A DNA stretch of 64,000 nucleotides, from NCBI GenBank assembly GCA_000165425.1, contig CT868108.1, positions 496,001 through 560,000 on the forward strand, in the 5' to 3' direction. Both the position numbers and the translations under genes were made by a program. Below, piece after piece: positions 26,501-40,067 of this stretch. Each line of letters opens with the position of its first letter. Position 1 is the stretch's first letter. Below the pieces are notes generated by a model, which had not been told where the DNA came from, made no database searches, and saw nothing but the letters and a program-made list of their open reading frames with translations. This DNA comes from Paramecium tetraurelia (taxonomy: Eukaryota).

Positions 26501-28542
26501 ATGAATAAAAAGTAAGGATCATATGCTAGTGTACTTAAAGAGAAGATAAAGCTTATGGATATTTTTGGTTAATCCATATAATTAAGCTTTAGATAGGAAG
26601 AACAACATACTACTTTTGTTGGAGGAGTAGCTTCAATATTGGTATTGGCAACAATTATCAGTTTTTTCTACTCGAACATTATAGGATTTTTTACAATGAA
26701 TTAAGTGAAATCCTCGACAGAAATGATTTTTGAAGATGATCCTGGAATGATCTAACTAAATTCTAACTCCTTTATGTTTGCTATTTAAATTGAGCATGAC
26801 AATTTCGTTGACACTCCCTATTTTAACATCACCGTGGAATAGAGACACTATAAAAATCAAAATGGCACTCTTACCAAACTACCTAATGAATATATAGATT
26901 TAGTAATTTGCACCCAAGAGCACTTTTAATAAATATTCTAGTCTTCCAACATAGATAATGCAGAGTAATTCAAAGATTTGAACATGACGAACTTCCTGTG
27001 TCCCAATATTGAAAAAAGAAATGTTTGGACAGTAGGCGGTGCATATACAAGTAATAGTTATAATTAAATTAGGTTCTGATTATTATTTCTTAAAGTTTTC
27101 AGTTACTAATTGTGTAAATGATACGTAAAGTAATTTCACATGGAAGCCGAAATGCAGAACTTAGGATGAAATGTTCACATAGTTGAAAGCTTAGGGTTCT
27201 TTTAGATTTCAATTATTCACTACAAATTTTGTATTTCAATAAAACTTATTGAAAGATTGTAAATCCAGATTCCCCATATGAGTATATCTCACCTTACTTG
27301 GCAATTGAACAATTTTACACATTTGTACCAAATCAAATGTTTGTTTAATCTGATATCTTTGTTAGGGAGAAAAGAATCAACACAGATAAAGGTATTTTAA
27401 TGTACCCCATGAACCTCGAAGAAACTGTAGCCTATAGAGAACACATGGATAGCAGATAATAATTTGAAATCGGAGGACTTAATAGTAATTATTATGCTGC
27501 TTTCTACTTGTAAAGAAGTCCTTTTAGCTATAATATTTCTAGAAGTTTTGTAACTCTGGATGAATTATTAAGTTATTTGGGAGGGTTCTCATAATTTATG
27601 ACCGTCATTTTAGGAATGATAATAAACGCTTACAATAAACAGAGTCTCTTGTTGTAGTTGGCAAATGATTTATATGAGTTTAATTTCTCAGAACAACAAG
27701 AAAATACTAGAGCTTTCATTTCAAATTTGTTATAGTAGTCAAGACACGGAAGAGAAATGATTAAATAGAAAGGTCAAACAAAAGAATTAAAGATCCAATC
27801 GATCAATCCTTTTAAGTCTAAACCTTAAATGGATTAAAAAATCTCCCAAGTGATTTCACCTTAACAAACTCAGAATTAGTTTATATAAATTTCATCAACA
27901 AGGTAGCTTTAAAGCATGAAAGAGAAAACTTATGATCAATATGAAAAGTTCAAATCATTCATGATAAATTAAAAGAAATTAACTTTAGGGTTAAGGATAT
28001 TGTTAGGGGATCTGTTGCCATTTGATTGTTTATAGGACCCAGAGAGTGTTCTATTTAAAAAGGCTATGTAGTTTTCATCTTTTTATTTGTTAGGAATCAA
28101 GTTAGCAAAGAGTTAGATATACGATATATCATGAATTAATTACACGAAATTACAAAGCTAAAAAAAGTGATGTTCAGCAGAGAATAATTTTAACTCTTTA
28201 ATTTTAGCCATAAACCAACAATAAGTTTAGTAAAAGAAAAGAAAAATAGATTATCATCAAAGTATTAATTTGTAGAATCTCTTTAGATTATTATATTTGG
28301 GTGAAGAGGAAGCAGTTAATAATGAATTGCAAATTTAATATAACACATTAGTATAAGCATATTCCAAATTAACGTCTTGTGATACAGCATTCACAGATGA
28401 CCAGATCTAGTTAAACTAAAGAATCATCGGACTTTTGGGAAGGGATTTACCTCTATGGATAGAAATGGAATTGTAGTAAGAAAATTCAGAATCCATAAAG
28501 GAGCCTGAACCAGATGATTTAGATGAATTATCAAAAACTTGA
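26501..28542 (+). CDS. Ciliate two-TM protein with Cys-containing ectodomain (DIFG...GG / LSYLGG family), paralog A
   Basis: DIFGQSIQLSF..TTFVGG followed by TM1; ectodomain motifs LCPN, VTNC, WKPKC, TDKG; TLDELLSYLGGF followed by TM2; cytosolic tail. Confidence 0.85.
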
Positions 28543-28949
28543 AATAATGATATTTTTCATATATCATATCAAATATACTGTATCTTAAAATCTTCCACTG
28601 CCTAAGCTCTATCAATAAAAATCTAAAAAAAAATATATATTACATTGATTCCTTGGCCTTTTTCGACTAGAATATCATTATTCTTAATTAAAATATAAGT
28701 AAGAGAAATTTTTTATATTGTTTTTTAATCACTCAAAAAAGGATAAGAAATACTTTGTAATCTTCATTTTCTTTTCATATAAGTCGATAATTATCTCTTA
28801 TTATTAATAATTGTATTTTTGAGGATTCTCAAAAATGAAATATAATAATAATTAAAATAATAGAGTTTGAAGAAAACAATTAATTTAAGAAATGTTTTCC
28901 TTTTAAAAGAGGATTTATTTACATAAATCATAACAAAAATAAATATCTT

Positions 28950-31019
28950 TCAATGTAACACCTAAATTTCTCTTTCACTAAATAAGTCCTCGTCTTTTGG
29001 ATCATTGTTTACAGACTCTATTTATTATTATTGCTGTTAAGCACTTAATTCTTTTTCTAATACTCTCATTAAATCAGGGCCTAGTAAAAGAATTAATCTT
29101 TAATTAAATCTAATTTATTCTTAGGTTTAATGTTCTTATTCTTATCCAGTCACTTTGTCATAAGAATTCACAAGATCTATGAATTGCTTCATCATTCCAC
29201 AATCTTCTGCTGTTGTTATGCCATCAATTATGCATCTACATCAAATTAAAATCTTACCTCGTCGACCTTCTCTTATTACTCTCTTAGATTAATGCTATTT
29301 TTGGTTTTCGAGTAAAATTAAAAAGGGTAATTTATTCAGAGGTAAATAAAATTTATTTTAATTTTGTCAATTCATGAAGTTTTTTGATAATGTACTCAAT
29401 GTCTAACTCTTTATTAACTTAGTCACTTAAAGTATAAATAATCTATATACATAGCTCTTTGCAGAACCAGACAATCATCATCTTTTAAAGATTCGATAGG
29501 AATTATAGAAGTTAAAATAACTCTAAGATTTAGTCCAATAACATGTTTCCTTTTTAAAAATTCTTTGAAATCATCAAAATATTATAACGTTTTCGCTTTC
29601 ATTGCAGACAGCCTGGATTACAACACTTATTAGGTAGGTTATTATAATTCAATAGACATTTTTTTATCAAAAATTTGTGATTTCTACTTTTTCAAAGGAG
29701 TAGAGGTTTACAGCATTTCAGGTTTATTTTGAAAGGGTGTTAAAGTTTAAATTTTAGGAATAGTCTCGATTTTTTTAGACATTTTGCTCTTGAGTATCTC
29801 CCTACCTCTCTCAGTTCTTGCTAATAAGCTATTCAAATGGATTTGAGTATTTTATCGACGTGAACTCATATCAAATTCATATAAATCATTAGCTATAGAA
29901 ATAACCAAATGTTGTCGATTGTAGAATCTAACAACTACTCCCACGACAACGATCATAAATTATGTGAATCCTCCTAAATAACTGAGTAGTTCATCAAGTC
30001 TTAAGAATTTTCTATTAATGTGATATGAATAGGGACTTCTTTGAAAATAAAATGCTCCATAATAATTGGGTGTTATTCTAGAAATTTCAAATTATTCCCT
30101 TTAATCTCCATAATCCCTAAAAGCAAAGGTTTGATTTTATTTCTAAGGATACATTAATATTCCCTGATCTGTTGTTACTTTCTTAGTTCTGAAAAATATG
30201 TCTGATTAGACAAACATTTTATCTGGCACAAAAGTATAGAACTGATCAACTGCTAAATAGGGTTACACGTAATCCTAGGGTCTATTTGGGTTTATAAGCT
30301 ATTTTATTATTGATATAAGTTACAAAATTTGTAGTATAAACTTAAAAACGAAAGCTTCCTTATTTATTTAAAGTACTCAAGATTTCATCTGAAGTCTTAC
30401 AATTAGGTTTCCAAGTAAAATTGCTTGATGAGGAATCTTTGCAATTAGTAACAGAAAACTTCAAAAAGTAATAATCAGTGCTTGCCCAAACACCACCGAC
30501 AGTCATATTAAGACTATGAATGAAGTTAAGATTAGGGCATAAGAAATTTTTTAAATTTTATTGTTCAAACTATTATCCAAAATCCACACTGTACATTTCG
30601 AACAAGGGTTAAAAATGTTGAAGAGTACATGGTACTAAATCAATAAATTAATTTGGGTAACGATATTATGTCCCATTTGGAAAACGATAATAGTGACGCT
30701 ATTCAACGGTGATATTAAAGTAAGGGTTCGTTGTAAAATTGTCTTATTCTATCTGAACTGCAAACATGAAGTGTCCTTTGTCTAAGATCAATGCATCAGG
30801 ATCATCCGCAAAAGTAAATTCTTGAGTAGAAGTAACATTTAATTTTGCGAAAAAATTAATTATGTTTGAATAGAAGAAACTGATTATTGTTCCGATTATA
30901 CATATTGATAAGAACCCACCCATACTTGTTTTGTATTATTCTTCCTTACGGAAACTTAAATTGATGGATTAGCCGAAAATATCTATTTATTTCAATCCTT
31001 CTTTAAATTTCTAAAGCAT
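28950..31019 (-). CDS. Ciliate two-TM protein with Cys-containing ectodomain, paralog B
   Basis: MLQKFKEGLKQIDIFGQSINLSFRKEEQYKTSMGGFLS...PYFNITVEQRHY...LCPN...YFLKFSVTNC...LDELLSYLGGF is collinear with paralog A. Confidence 0.85.
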
Positions 31020-32239
31020 TTTATTTATAATTATTTTTGAAGATTGTAAATAAATTACACCATCAAATAGTGCTTGCGTCATGTTATAATCTGTCATAAG
31101 AATATTAAATTTGAAATGCAGTAATACCATATATATTTCATTTCATAAATGTAAAAAACCTATATTCAATATTAATATTTAATATATGATAATTAATAAT
31201 AATTTGATATTATTTATTTATAGAAATTTAGAATTTTTTAAATTATTTGATCTGCTCTAGTAGTTCGTTTATTTTCACATCTCTTACTTCGAACAAATCT
31301 ATTTAAGAATATTTTTAGCTAAACTTGTATTATCCTTTAGATTTTAATTTAAGTAAACCATCAATATTTAATTGAAACTTCTTACTCTAATTTTACTTCA
31401 TTTTGAAACCATTTTTACTGAGATTAAGAAAATTTCTTAGCTCTCCTTATTTTATTATATATATTTTGGATAAAAAACATTCAATTTTCATTCATTATTT
31501 AGTTTTAATATGTCCTATAATTTTCTTAATATCTTTTAAATCTAAATAATATTAAGGTCTTATTATGATAAAAACTCAATTATTTTCTTTCAGTTCACTT
31601 TATAAGCTAAATTACAGTCCAAACATATTATATTATGAACTAAATTATCTATTCAACCATTCTTCGAAAATTAATCTCCTATAAAGAAATTTATCCAATA
31701 TCAGTACATTTTTTGATATATTTAGGTATTAAGAGAATCTTCTAATTAATGGAATAATTTTTAATTATATTTATGTTAAAAATAATAATAATTTTTTTAT
31801 TAAATTTGAAAAAAGTGATCGTTTTTTAATGTTTAATATTGTAATATTAATCAAGAAAATATTAATTTAAAAAATGAATACACATTGAAAAATTGATTTA
31901 GCATTTATTTGAAGATGATGCAAAATAAAAATTATTTAAGACCTTAGGATTTAATACTTAGCTTAAAATAATTAAGGAAGTATCCACAAATATATCTTCG
32001 CTATTAGGTGGTTTAAATGAACTTAAGATTGATATTTCAAGAACAAGGAAATGAGTTCTATTGATAATATTAGAAAAAATGGATTTCTGAATTCATGTCA
32101 TTGTAAACAAGATATTTCCTATATGGTAATTGTAAACTTGATTGACTTTTTGTCCTATTTCAGATGTCATCATAATATATTTACATCAATTTTTTATATT
32201 TCTCTTCAAATATAAAAAGACCAATTTCAATTAGACGCT

Positions 32240-34028
32240 TGACTCTTATTCTACTCTATTGTACAAAACAATTCAATAATAAACATATTATAAGTATTTA
32301 AGTTAATTTTCTTCTTGTTAAAGAACTTTTTTTTATTTCCATTTTCTTGGCTATTTTTTAGTTAATAGTTACAATTTTAAACTATTCTGGGATGAATTTA
32401 AGGAAATAATAAGCTATTTCTGAGGATATGTTAAATCTCGAATCTTCTTTAAGAGAATGGTTTATAAAATAAATAATAAAAATAATAAATTATCACTATT
32501 TTCTAATCTAAATCTCAATCTGAGAATGTTGATAAGAATCAAATTAATTCTTTCTTCTAAATCAACAAAAACTGCCAAAATATAAATTTTCTACTTTTTT
32601 TTTTGTTTAATAATAATATTAAATTACTCTATCATCACTATATTCTTCTTAAATTTCAATCAAATTCAACAAGCAATATTTAATATACTGTATGCTAGCC
32701 TTTTGCTTCCCATAGAATATTTTCAGTATTTCTTTAACAATTCACTCTAAAAGGAAAAAGAGATTTTTGAAAATTTTGATGAATAGATTTTAGATTAGAG
32801 TAATATAAGTTAATTTTAATCTTTAATATAAAGGTTTTAATATTTTATAATTACAAAAATAATTCAATTTATTTTATAATCTTTAAATTTTTCCTTCTTT
32901 TGGGGAATCCTTATTAATTCACTTTATTCGTTTTCCTTTTTATTTCATGTGCTATTCAAGTTGACTAAAATCATTACAGTGTAGGAAATTCTTGAAATTT
33001 CAATATTTCTAGCCAATTTTATATATCTAATTAATGATCCTCGAGGATTGATGATAAAAAGATATGACAATATCTAAGATAAAATGGTTTTTATTTCGAT
33101 AGCGCTTCCTATATAGATATCATATTTAGTTATAATTTTGAAAAACATGAAATGCTATGATTCTGTGGAATAACTATATTCTAGATGAATTAGTTGCCAA
33201 TAAAGAAAAATAAAACGAGAAATTATTGAAAGAAAAGGAAAGTTCTTTTTATCTTTAAACATATTTTCAAAGAATAGTTCATATATTATTCATATAAAAT
33301 GACTTTTTCTATTAATCCCTTCATTTTTTCATAATTTTTTTTGCTAATTCCCTCTTAAAATACAAAAGAGATTCTTGAGTCATTTTTTAATGAAATATCC
33401 TAATTTTTTTTCTTGGAATTTCTTGCTTCCTCAAAGTCTCAGTTTCTAAGTTCAATTTATCTAAGTCTTTCATCAATTTTATTAATTCAAGAATAACATT
33501 CCTATTAATAAATTTCTAAATCTTTCTAGAACAAATTTTTGGAAAAATCCCGCAAATTCTTTTAATATTTATTATTAAATGTAATATTTTATCAGCATGC
33601 ATGCTGTATTTAATAAGCCTTTTATATAAACTATTGGCTTGTTGTAGCAACAATAGCTTCAGGTCTACAAATCCATCTAAATCAATTATTATTTCATTAT
33701 CAATTGGAATTTTAGCAATCCAATAGGGAATTAAAATTCAAGAGCTCATATCATTCTTTGTCATATCAAACATGCAAATATGGAAAATAAAAAGTCTTGT
33801 AAATCAGCATATGCTTAATTATTATTAGAAATCTGCTCTGAATTCTCTTAAACTACAACCTTAGGCTTTACAAATTTATTTCAAATAATAAAACAACTCA
33901 ATAATTAATTACCTAAAGAAATATCATACTGGAAATATATAATAACACACAATTTATCCTTTATTTATATAAACAACCATTCAATTCGTAAAATATAGGT
34001 GAATTCATAATTGAAATGATAAATGGCA
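32240..34028 (-). pseudogene. Possible decayed gene remnant(s)
   Basis: Coding-like minus-strand stretches (for example an open run of ~130 codons at ~33320-33725). All three frames carry TGA near 33740-33765 with no clear rescuing intron. Confidence 0.3.
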
Positions 34029-36290
34029 TTTATTTAGTATTATAGTTTGCACTTGAGGCATTGTTTTGAAATTTAAGCATAGCAGTAAGCAGATATTTAA
34101 TTAAATATAAATTATATTTTATAATTAAATGTTTGAAAAATACACCAACTTATAAATTATTAATGTTAGATACTAATACCAATTGCTTTGAATCAATAAC
34201 ATTTTTATAATGTAATTGATCTTTTTATACTAAATCCCCTTATTTGAATTTGTAAATTATTTTTAATTCTTTTAAAAGGAACTTCAAGAAAATAAAGTGA
34301 AATCAAATAAAGAGGGTTCCAAGTTAATGTAAGAGTAATTTTTAGAATTATTCCTATATATTTTGTCAACTATTTTATTAGTGAAAAAACATAGTTTTAC
34401 TGATCATAAATCTAATTTGCTAAAAATGTCTATAAATGTTTGTTTCACTTACAAATATACATTTATTACAATAAGTAAGAAAGGAGAACAATAAAATGAA
34501 TTTTTTTTAATGAATAAAATAGGAAAATCAAGTTTTATTCTTCAATTTTTCATTTTCTTTATTATTTTCTTAGCCAGGTTTTGTTTGAATCTCAAAAGAT
34601 TTTTTAAACCTTCTTCGTCCTTTTGGTAAATTATGGCTTAAAATTTGGATTGTTATGGAAAAATTTGTTGTTTAGTAATCAAAACTGTCTTTGATAATTC
34701 ATTTAAGCCTTCAAAAAGTAGATTTTAGTTTGAATTTTGTGTATGATTTTAGGTCTCATTTTCTTGTTTCATATTTTTTAAGTTAAGTTTGCAGATAGGA
34801 AGTGTGAAGGAATATTTTTTATTAAAAATAATGTACCATAATATATATATTCTTCCTTTATTTATGCAATTTAGAATTAAACTTTGATACTGTTAAAAAG
34901 TGTGATAATGTAAAAAATATATCTATTTGGTAAGATGTGTCTTACAAGGAAAATTAAATGTAGAAACGAGCTTTTTCAATTATAAATTTTGGAATCCAAT
35001 CAGGAAAAAAAACAGATTTTATATAATGTTAAGAACTAAATTCAAATTTAGGATTATAATCATTTAAAAGCGAATAAGTAATAGTGAACAAAAATTTTAT
35101 CAACACAAAAAAAAACTCAATCTTTTGTACACAATAGCTTCATTGTGGTTCAATTCCTAATGGAATTATCACCCACATCTTAAAGTATCCTCTAAGCAAG
35201 CTGTGTTTTATAACATCTCAATTTTTGGGCATCTGAGAATGATATTAATTATGTTGCTACTTTTCTCTTGAAAATTTTGCTACTTAAACTATGAGTCATT
35301 TTTTGTGTTTTCTCGCAGTTTTCTTTCATTAAAAAAAAATAATTTTTTTATTAACTCAGCCCAATTTCAAAATGACTTAAATATAATCTGTCAAATTTTG
35401 AATTTAATAAAGGGTGGGTACTTCAAATTTTGATAATAACAATTATGTTATATATATAATAATGAATAATAAAAAGTATCTATCAGATCAACTTAATCAG
35501 ATGTAATTTAGGTTAGATATTGATGTCTAAACATTGATTTCAAATAGAAAATAATAAGCACAAATGTTCTTAAAGCTTTCTAATTTCCCAGAAATTCATA
35601 AGAATTCCTGTTTTAAAAATTTCATTCTCAATTTTTGCAAAGTTTAAATCATACACTTATGAATTCAAGTATTCTAAAATTTACAAAGTACAAATCTGAA
35701 CATTGATAGATATTTATTTGAACAATATTGTATTAGAGAAGGATTTATTTAAGACTTAAATTAGTAAGAAATTATTCTAACAACCTAGATAGGTTATAAA
35801 TCTCTAATAAACAACGAGGTAATCGAATTTAAAAAAAAAATGTAGTCTAATTTCTTTTATAATATTCCTCTTGAAGTACAATTTGTAATCAAATAAATAA
35901 ATATGTTAAAATTTTAAAAGCTAAAGGTCAGCAATTCAACTAATTCGTAATTGCTTGATTATGAGTGAATTTATATAAAAAAAACATATTTTATCCACTT
36001 AAATTAAATATATGATTTGAATCATTTTCATTTTTCCAAAATTTTTAAAATTATTTAATTGATATTAAATAACAAAGTAAATCATGGTGTATTTTAGAAT
36101 CTAAAAAAAGCACAAAATTAATAATAGTAATTGTTACATAAGTATTTTCTCATGTATTTTTGTTTAAATAATATATAAAGACCCAGATATTATAGTTATC
36201 ATTAGATGAAAGTCAATAGAGAGCTTTTTTTAGTAACAGAAATGAGATAAAAAAGGAACTAATTACAAAACATATATAAAATGGTATGTA

Positions 36291-37092
36291 TCACAAGGTC
36301 GTGGATTCTTATGCTTTAACTAATTTAAAAAGTTTTGACACTTCACCTACTTTGGAGAACTCAATACAAAAGGCTTATAACTAAATTAAATGATTTCTTA
36401 CGTTGGTTAACACATCCTTTGTGGCAAATGCTTTTTATTTGAGCATATGCTAAATAAATATTGAAACATATCTAACAAGCTTGTTTTGCTACTATTTTTC
36501 CTTTATATAATTATTTTTGAAAATACCTTAATATTATTGCAATACTCAATACAGTAATTGATATATTGTGTGATATACTCCAATGGCAATTTAAGTTCTC
36601 CAAAAAGTTATGCAAATAATTCTAATGAGTTTTGAGTTACATCACTTTGAATGAAAACATCTAAGTATCTAGAGGATAATATAAGATCTATGTACTCTTC
36701 GAATCCATCAAAGTGACAGATGGATATCAATAAAAAGTGTGCAATCTCCTTATTTTTTTCTATAATTTATGGTAATCTTTGACAAGTGAATCCGCAATTC
36801 TTAAGCAAGTCTTTTTCATTTTGTAAATAATTGAATAAAATCTAGAATCATCAAAGAGAGCGAGTACTTTTTATTCTTCATCACTTATTTCTGTTGTACA
36901 AGTATTCTGTATTATTTCTCTGACTTGACTCACTTTATCATGATTAACTTCTAGAGAATAATTCCACTAAACATTATTTATTGCCATGTTATCATCCCAC
37001 TAAAAGTCAGAGTTAAAGATGATAGGAATGGGTCTCAAATAATCAGTTTGGTAAGATGTTAAATCAAAACACGGCGATGTAATTTTGTCCAT
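36291..37092 (-). CDS. CNOT11: CCR4-NOT subunit 11 (CNOT11/C2orf29), essentially the C-terminal DUF2363 region only
   Basis: After four short introns: LPQIIEKNKEIA...LPLEYITQYINYCIEYCNNIKEKQQQNKLVRYVSIFIQ...LQAFCIEFSKVGEVSKLFKLVK. This matches the CNOT11 consensus 'NRLVRLVCVFLQ...VQAFCIEFSRIREA..LFRLLK'. Confidence 0.9.
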
Positions 37093-37335
37093 TCAAGTAT
37101 ATATGAATTAATTAAAAATATTCATATTGGAATAAATTATTGCTGAACAGTTTGATTAGAAATTATATTAAAATTGGTAAATTTGAATAGTAATACAGTA
37201 TTGATTGGATTTACCATTTTAATTCTAACTCTAATAATTTATCTAAATTCTAATATTTATATACTAGATAGCACTGGGGAAGATTATTATTAATATTCAT
37301 ATTGATAAATTACATAATATTATTTTAATCATAGT

Positions 37336-38667
37336 TCAATATTCATAATCATCAAATTCTTCATCATAAAATTCCTCAATAAACTGAGAAACATCATCAT
37401 AGATAGCATCATTTTGCTGTAATTTCTCTAATTTTTTTGGTATGTTTTTGAGCTAAAATTTGTAATAAATATCGTATTATGAATCTGTAGAAATGAAACG
37501 TTTCATAGTTTAGTAGAGAGCTAAGAATGATAATTAGTAGAATACTTTGAACAGCAATTAAAATAATTTCGTTATCATGATCGTCAAGACCTAATGTTAA
37601 ATAATCTAAAATTCCATTATCAATCAGATTTTATAGTTATTAATTTGTGCAAACAACGAGAAAATTACGAAAAGCCTGAAACAATTCTATTCTTACATCA
37701 AAAACATCATTTTCTAATAAATCAAAAACTAATTGAAGCAATTTTAAATTCGATATTACTTTGTCTAGAAGTAAATGGGATGAAGCCATCAAATTATTAA
37801 AAATCATGCTTCCAAATATTCTACTGTAGGTAAAAATAGAATTCTTTAATAATTTATACACAACATCAGTAATTCCTAGATCCAATAATTTGGCACATTC
37901 ATGGAAATCTGATGTATAAGATAAATTAACTAAAATGGTCATTGAAATTTTTTAGATATTTTTCTCATTGATATAAACAAAATCTATGATTGCACTTATT
38001 GCACTCATAGATAGTATGTATTGGATGTTCTATTTGTTTCTGCTAGCATTTTCAAATATATTTAAACCCTTTTCTCTTACTATTTAATATAATATAAATA
38101 ATAATTACAATTAGAATCGCAAGTATCAATTAATCTTGAAGCCAAAGTCAAGATGGTTATTACTTGATTATCATTTTCAATATTTTTAGTAATAGTTGCT
38201 AATAATTTTAATGCTTATTCATTAAATGAATCCATTTAGAGTGATGCCAAAATATTTTAAACTTAATCATATTGGTCAATCTAAGGCTGTTATAGAGTTA
38301 AATTTCTATAACAATTAGCTGCTTTAATTGCAATATTTATATGTTGAGTATTTAAAGATCCTTATTCCAATGAACCAACTAAGGACTTAATAACGCTGAG
38401 TTGTTCTGACAATTCGAACCTTAAAGAAGTATCAGTGACGGTTATTTGATCTATTTCATCCAATATTACATTGATTGTTTAATATTCATAATCCTGTAAT
38501 TCTTCAGATCTCATCATTTTATTGACTATTTCTGTTAATTTTTCGACTGGGTTTGATTACTTGGGAGTGTTGACTAAGCGTTTCAATCGAAATACAGATT
38601 CCAGGTTCTTCTTTCTAAGTTCTTAGTGAAAATTCTCTCTCATTTCTTTCAACCTATTCGAACTCAT
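37336..38667 (-). CDS. Divergent importin-alpha-like protein (IBB + ARM repeats)
   Basis: IBB-like MSSNRLKEMRENFHQELRKKNLESVFRLKR, ARM-like helices, and acidic tail IEEFYDEEFDDYEY. Confidence 0.8.
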
Positions 38668-38778
38668 TTTGGAGGAAAAATATATTATAGAGTTCCTAAT
38701 ATAATTTGTAATAAAAATAAATTAATCGAAATAAACTCAAATTTTGATTTCTTATTTTTTAATTCTAAATTTCTTATT

Positions 38779-39987
38779 ATGAAGAAATAAAGATCAAGAA
38801 AGAGTTTTTCATTAAATGATTCCATTGATGAGGATAGAAGAAAGGAAGAGATAATTCAAAAGCTGCTGGAAAGTAGCACAAATCTATAGCCTAAGAAATT
38901 GGCTACGATCAAATTCGATTTGGAAGAAAACGAAATGCCAGTTGTAGAATAACAACCAGAAAATGTAAAATAGAAGAATTAATTTACTATTGAATATTTG
39001 ACTCCATCTGTTGTCAAAAATAACTTGGATATGGTTAAAGAAAACCTTCACATCGTTATTGAAGAAAGAATGGAAGATTCAAAATTTCTCAACTGGTCCA
39101 CATTGATCATAGAATTCATCAAGGTACTCGCATTTTTCAATGTTCTCTTTCAATAAACATGTTCAGGCTCCTTTAGTGCATGGTTTTATATGATGTTTGC
39201 ACATGATGTAAATTGAATTTCTTTTATGAGATCATAGAAATAGGAATGACCATCAAAGTTGTTAACGTAGTATCATCTAAATATGAAAGCAGACTTTCAA
39301 AGAAGAGACCTACACTAATAAAAAGAGAGTCGAAATATCCGATGGCTGGAAGACACTCTTACTATGGGTAATTAATAAAAGAAATTGAAAAATGGGAAAA
39401 TACAGTGGCAATCCAAAATGATCCATAACCTACAAGGGTTATTTAATATGTTAAATTGCATTAATACAATGAATTGTATAATATTCTACAATTATTTAGT
39501 TTCTATCTATTCCTCATTCTTTGGGGCTTGTTACTATTGGGGACTCAATGCTAATCCGATATTGTATTAGGTACTTTTCATGGATTCGTCCTATTGGGAA
39601 TAATAACCTTGTCTCTAAAGCTCCTCTATTACCTATCCTTCAAATTTTGTATTAGTGCGGTTGTGATGAATTACTTGATGCTGGCTGATAAAAATTTATC
39701 GAATAATGTAATGATCTTTATACTAATCAAGGAAGTAATAGCAAATATTCCAAAGCAAATGAAGAAGAATTACGACTTTGAGATTTGCTACCTCTGTTCA
39801 TAATAGATCAAACAAATGACCTCCTTTATTGATTTACCCTGCAATAAAATGTAGATACTCATTCATTTTAATTAGGCATCGATTTCATGAAAATTGTATT
39901 TCAAAATGGTTGTCGACTCATCTTTTTTGTCCAGTTTGTGTTGAACCCATTGAATTGATGAATGTTTAGATGAGAGTACTGGCTTGA
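38779..39987 (+). CDS. Multi-TM RING-H2 E3 ubiquitin ligase
   Basis: Hydrophobic segments at ~39100-39650. C-terminal CYLC..LPCNK[intron]HRFHENCISKWLSTHLFCPVC is a C3H2C3 RING. Confidence 0.88.
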
Positions 39988-40067
39988 ATTATCACTTATA
40001 TTGAAAATGTAATTTACTAATAATGAATTATTTGATATATAAATTTATTGTTATTTCATAAATAAAT

